From Azolla caroliniana (Eukaryota; Plantae; Polypodiophyta): a stretch of 64,000 nucleotides of DNA. Both the position numbers and the translations under genes were made by a program. This document shows positions 61,501-64,000 of the stretch, piece after piece. The stretch spans positions 8,370,001 through 8,434,000 of the forward strand of contig JBHGNT010000001.1 of the NCBI GenBank assembly GCA_043228905.1, read 5' to 3'. The stretch's first letter is position 1. Each line of letters begins with the position of its first letter. Under the pieces are notes generated by a model that ran no database searches, was not told the DNA's origin, and was given only the letters and a program-made list of their open reading frames with translations.

Positions 61501-63945
61501 AAAATTCGAGTTTGTGTGGACTACCGGAAACTCAATGCGGCTACGGTAACGGATGCGTTTCCACTCCCATTCACAGATGGAGTGTTTGATGCCGTCGCCA
61601 GCCATGAGGTCTATAGCTTTCTAGACGGATTCAGCGGGTATAATCAGATCCGGATGCACCCCGACGACCAAGAGAAAACAACTTTCGTCACCGAATGGGG
61701 GGTGTTTGTGGCCGTGGTGATGATGTTCGGACTCAAAACGGCACCGGCAACATTTCAATGAATCATCATGGAAATCTTTGGTGAATATATCCCGGCTTTT
61801 ATGCAGGTTTTTCTTGACGATTTCGCTGTTTATAGCCGGGAGGAGGACCATTTTAAGCACCTCTGTCTTTGTCTAGAAAAGTGTAGAGCGTACCGGCTAA
61901 GCTTGAATCCGGCAAAGTGTGTATTTGGCGTGTCCAGTGGAACCTTATTAGGACATATTGTGAGCCAGGAAGGTATTGCAGTCGACCCGGACAAGGTGAA
62001 AGTCATATTAGAAGCACCGGCGCCGGCGCCGGCAAAGGCATTGAGCCGGTGGCACAGCCGGATGCTCCGATACTTGGCCGACCTGGCGACACCGTTGCAT
62101 GCCACCATACATCGGACACCATTCCAGTGGACCGACACCGAGGATAGGGCGTATAGGGCCCTCAAGGTACTATTGTCGCAAGCACCGGTAGTGCAGCCCC
62201 ACAGAACGGGAAGCTCTAGGGATGATCTACAGTGTGACAAACTTTCGGCATTATTTATTGGGAAGGAAGTTTTCCTTCCATGTAGATCATTCGGCACTCC
62301 TTTACCTGGTGTCCAAAGCGTCACTCATTGGTAAGTTGGCCCGGTGGACCTTACTGTTACAGGAATTCGAGTTCGAAATATTCCACCGACCCGGGATACA
62401 ACATGTCGTAGCGGATTACTTAAGCCGATTAGAGTCCGGAGAGACGGGTGACGGAGTAGCGGACGAGTTTCCGGATGCAGAGCTGTTTCGAGTCACTACG
62501 GAAATGGCAGCAGATGAGACGGTGGCACAGGAAGACAAGTGGCTCACAAATATGCACCAGTTTTTTAGCACAGGACTGCCTCCGGAAGAGATGAACCGGG
62601 ACGAAAGGAAACGCCTGGCGGTGCAAAGCCGACATTTCTGCTTACTGCGAGACACACTTTACCACAAGGGTGCGGACGGCATATGGAGACGGGCTGTGCG
62701 CATCGATGAAAAGGACCTCATACTGAGGGAAGCCCACTGCGGAGTGGCCGGAGGTCATTATGCCAGAGATGCGACGACCAGGAAAATATGGCAAAGTGGC
62801 CTATGGTGGCTAGCGACATTAAGAGATGCGGCACGGTACGCAAAAGAATGTGACCTATGCCAACGAATGGGCCAGCCAACGGAGCAGGCTCGTATGCCAC
62901 ACCAGCCTGTACTACCATTCGAGCCATTCCAAAAGTGGGGGCTACACTTTGTTGGACCGTTCAAACCACCGGCAATGAGAACATGTAATCGGTACGTCAT
63001 CGTGGCGACGGAATACTGCACGAAATGGGTGGAGGCCAAAGCCTTAAGAGACAACACCGCTGCGTCAACGGCAAAATTTCTATACAAGTACATCTGGTGC
63101 CGTTACGGATGCCCAATCGAATTAATAAGCGACAAGGGGAACACTTTCTCGGCCAAGTAGTTGAAAGCCTGACGACATTCTATGCCGTTGTCCATAAACA
63201 GAGCACGCCATACTATCCGCAAGCGAACGGGTTAGCTGAATCAACGAACAAAACGCTCCAGAATATCCTCCGGAAGATCGTCAACGAAAACCGAACGGAT
63301 TGGGATACCAAGCTACATAGCGCGCTTTGGGCATACCGGATGACATTTAAAACGAGCATCTGAACAACACTGTTCCGGTTAGCATTCAGACTAGAGGCGG
63401 TCATGCCGGTGGAATTCCAAGTACCAATCTTACGGATCCAGCTACGGGAACTGCTGAACGAGAAGGAGTCGGAGGCAATACGGTTAACAACGCTGCGTGA
63501 ACTCGAGGAACAACGACTGGCAAGCATCCTGCACTTAGAATTGGAACAACGGCGACGGAAAGCATTTGTCGACCGGCACATGAAAGGAAATGAAAAAATG
63601 TTCGCAATCGGCAAGCCGGTGTTAGTATTTCAGACCCGGATGGGCAAGATGCCGGGTAAACTACGGTTTAGATGGACCGGTCCGTATTGGCTGACACGTG
63701 AGTATAATGGGTCCTACCAGTTAGGGACACTTGCCGGCGAAGTGCTAGGCAAATGGGTCAACGGATTCCGATTGAAGCCATATAGAGGACCGATGCCCAA
63801 AAACCCATTTGAGCAAAGGACCGACACCGGTGCGGAAACGGCAACCTATGAGGGAAACGGCAACCACCAAGACGGCAGAGACGGCGAGCCGGTAACTGGG
63901 GAGAATGAGGCCGGTAAGGGTCTGATAGGACCAGCGGACAAGTAA
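58561..63945 (+). pseudogene. gag-pol polyprotein with stops, frameshifts and an RNase H deletion
   Basis: Gag with three CCHC-like knuckles; protease VIDAGS; RT RVCVDYRKLN, LDGFSGYNQI, FGLKTAPATFQ and VFLDDF; integrase HHCC and core, WTGPY. Stops at 58981, 59698, 60961, 61759 and 63361. Confidence 0.9.
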
Positions 63946-64000
63946 CGTCACATTAACAGTAAAATAAAATAAAATAAAAATAAATAAATAAATAAATAAA

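Larger units (their letters stand above)
57839..64000 (+). mobile_element. Ty3/gypsy (non-chromovirus) LTR retrotransposon, 5' LTR to end of pol; runs off the right edge
   Basis: LTR TGTTA...TAACA (57839 to ~58276), PBS TGGCGACCAC, then gag, PR, RT, RH and INT in gypsy order; no chromodomain after the GPY/F motif. Confidence 0.93.

Noticed and set aside
63958-64000. LINE poly-A tail or terminator
   Set aside because: (TAAAA)n/(TAAA)n directly after the gypsy pol stop; most simply a 3' UTR microsatellite truncated by the window edge.

Overview
Eukaryotic land-plant nuclear DNA, most likely a fern (inferred from the style of the PLS-class PPR gene, the retrotransposon lineages and the microsatellites). 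There are three zones. (1) 1-17.6 kb is a nested retroelement stack: an L1-type LINE is interrupted by a Ty1/copia element, which is in turn interrupted several times by LTRs of one Ty3/gypsy lineage. That lineage has a tRNA-Trp primer-binding site, TGTCGTG...CACGACA termini and 4-bp target duplications that are almost always ACGT. Old RTE-LINE and gypsy remnants follow. (2) 18.6-47 kb is a compact island of six genes: a UDP-xylose/nucleotide-sugar transporter with a U12 intron, a Lines-domain protein, CBSX3, a small plastid-type membrane protein with a GC-AG intron, an intronless PLS-E PPR, and a small 'GSTPHDQLLI' membrane protein. (3) 48-64 kb holds decayed LINE sequence, local tandem duplications and a younger CCGG-rich non-chromovirus gypsy element. 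The most interesting signals are in the gypsy lineage of zone 1: apparent sequence-specific ACGT targeting, tRNA-like Pol III A/B-box cassettes placed antisense in the U3 of three different LTRs, and a conserved 21-nt U5 motif. All coordinates were read by eye and no database searches were run.
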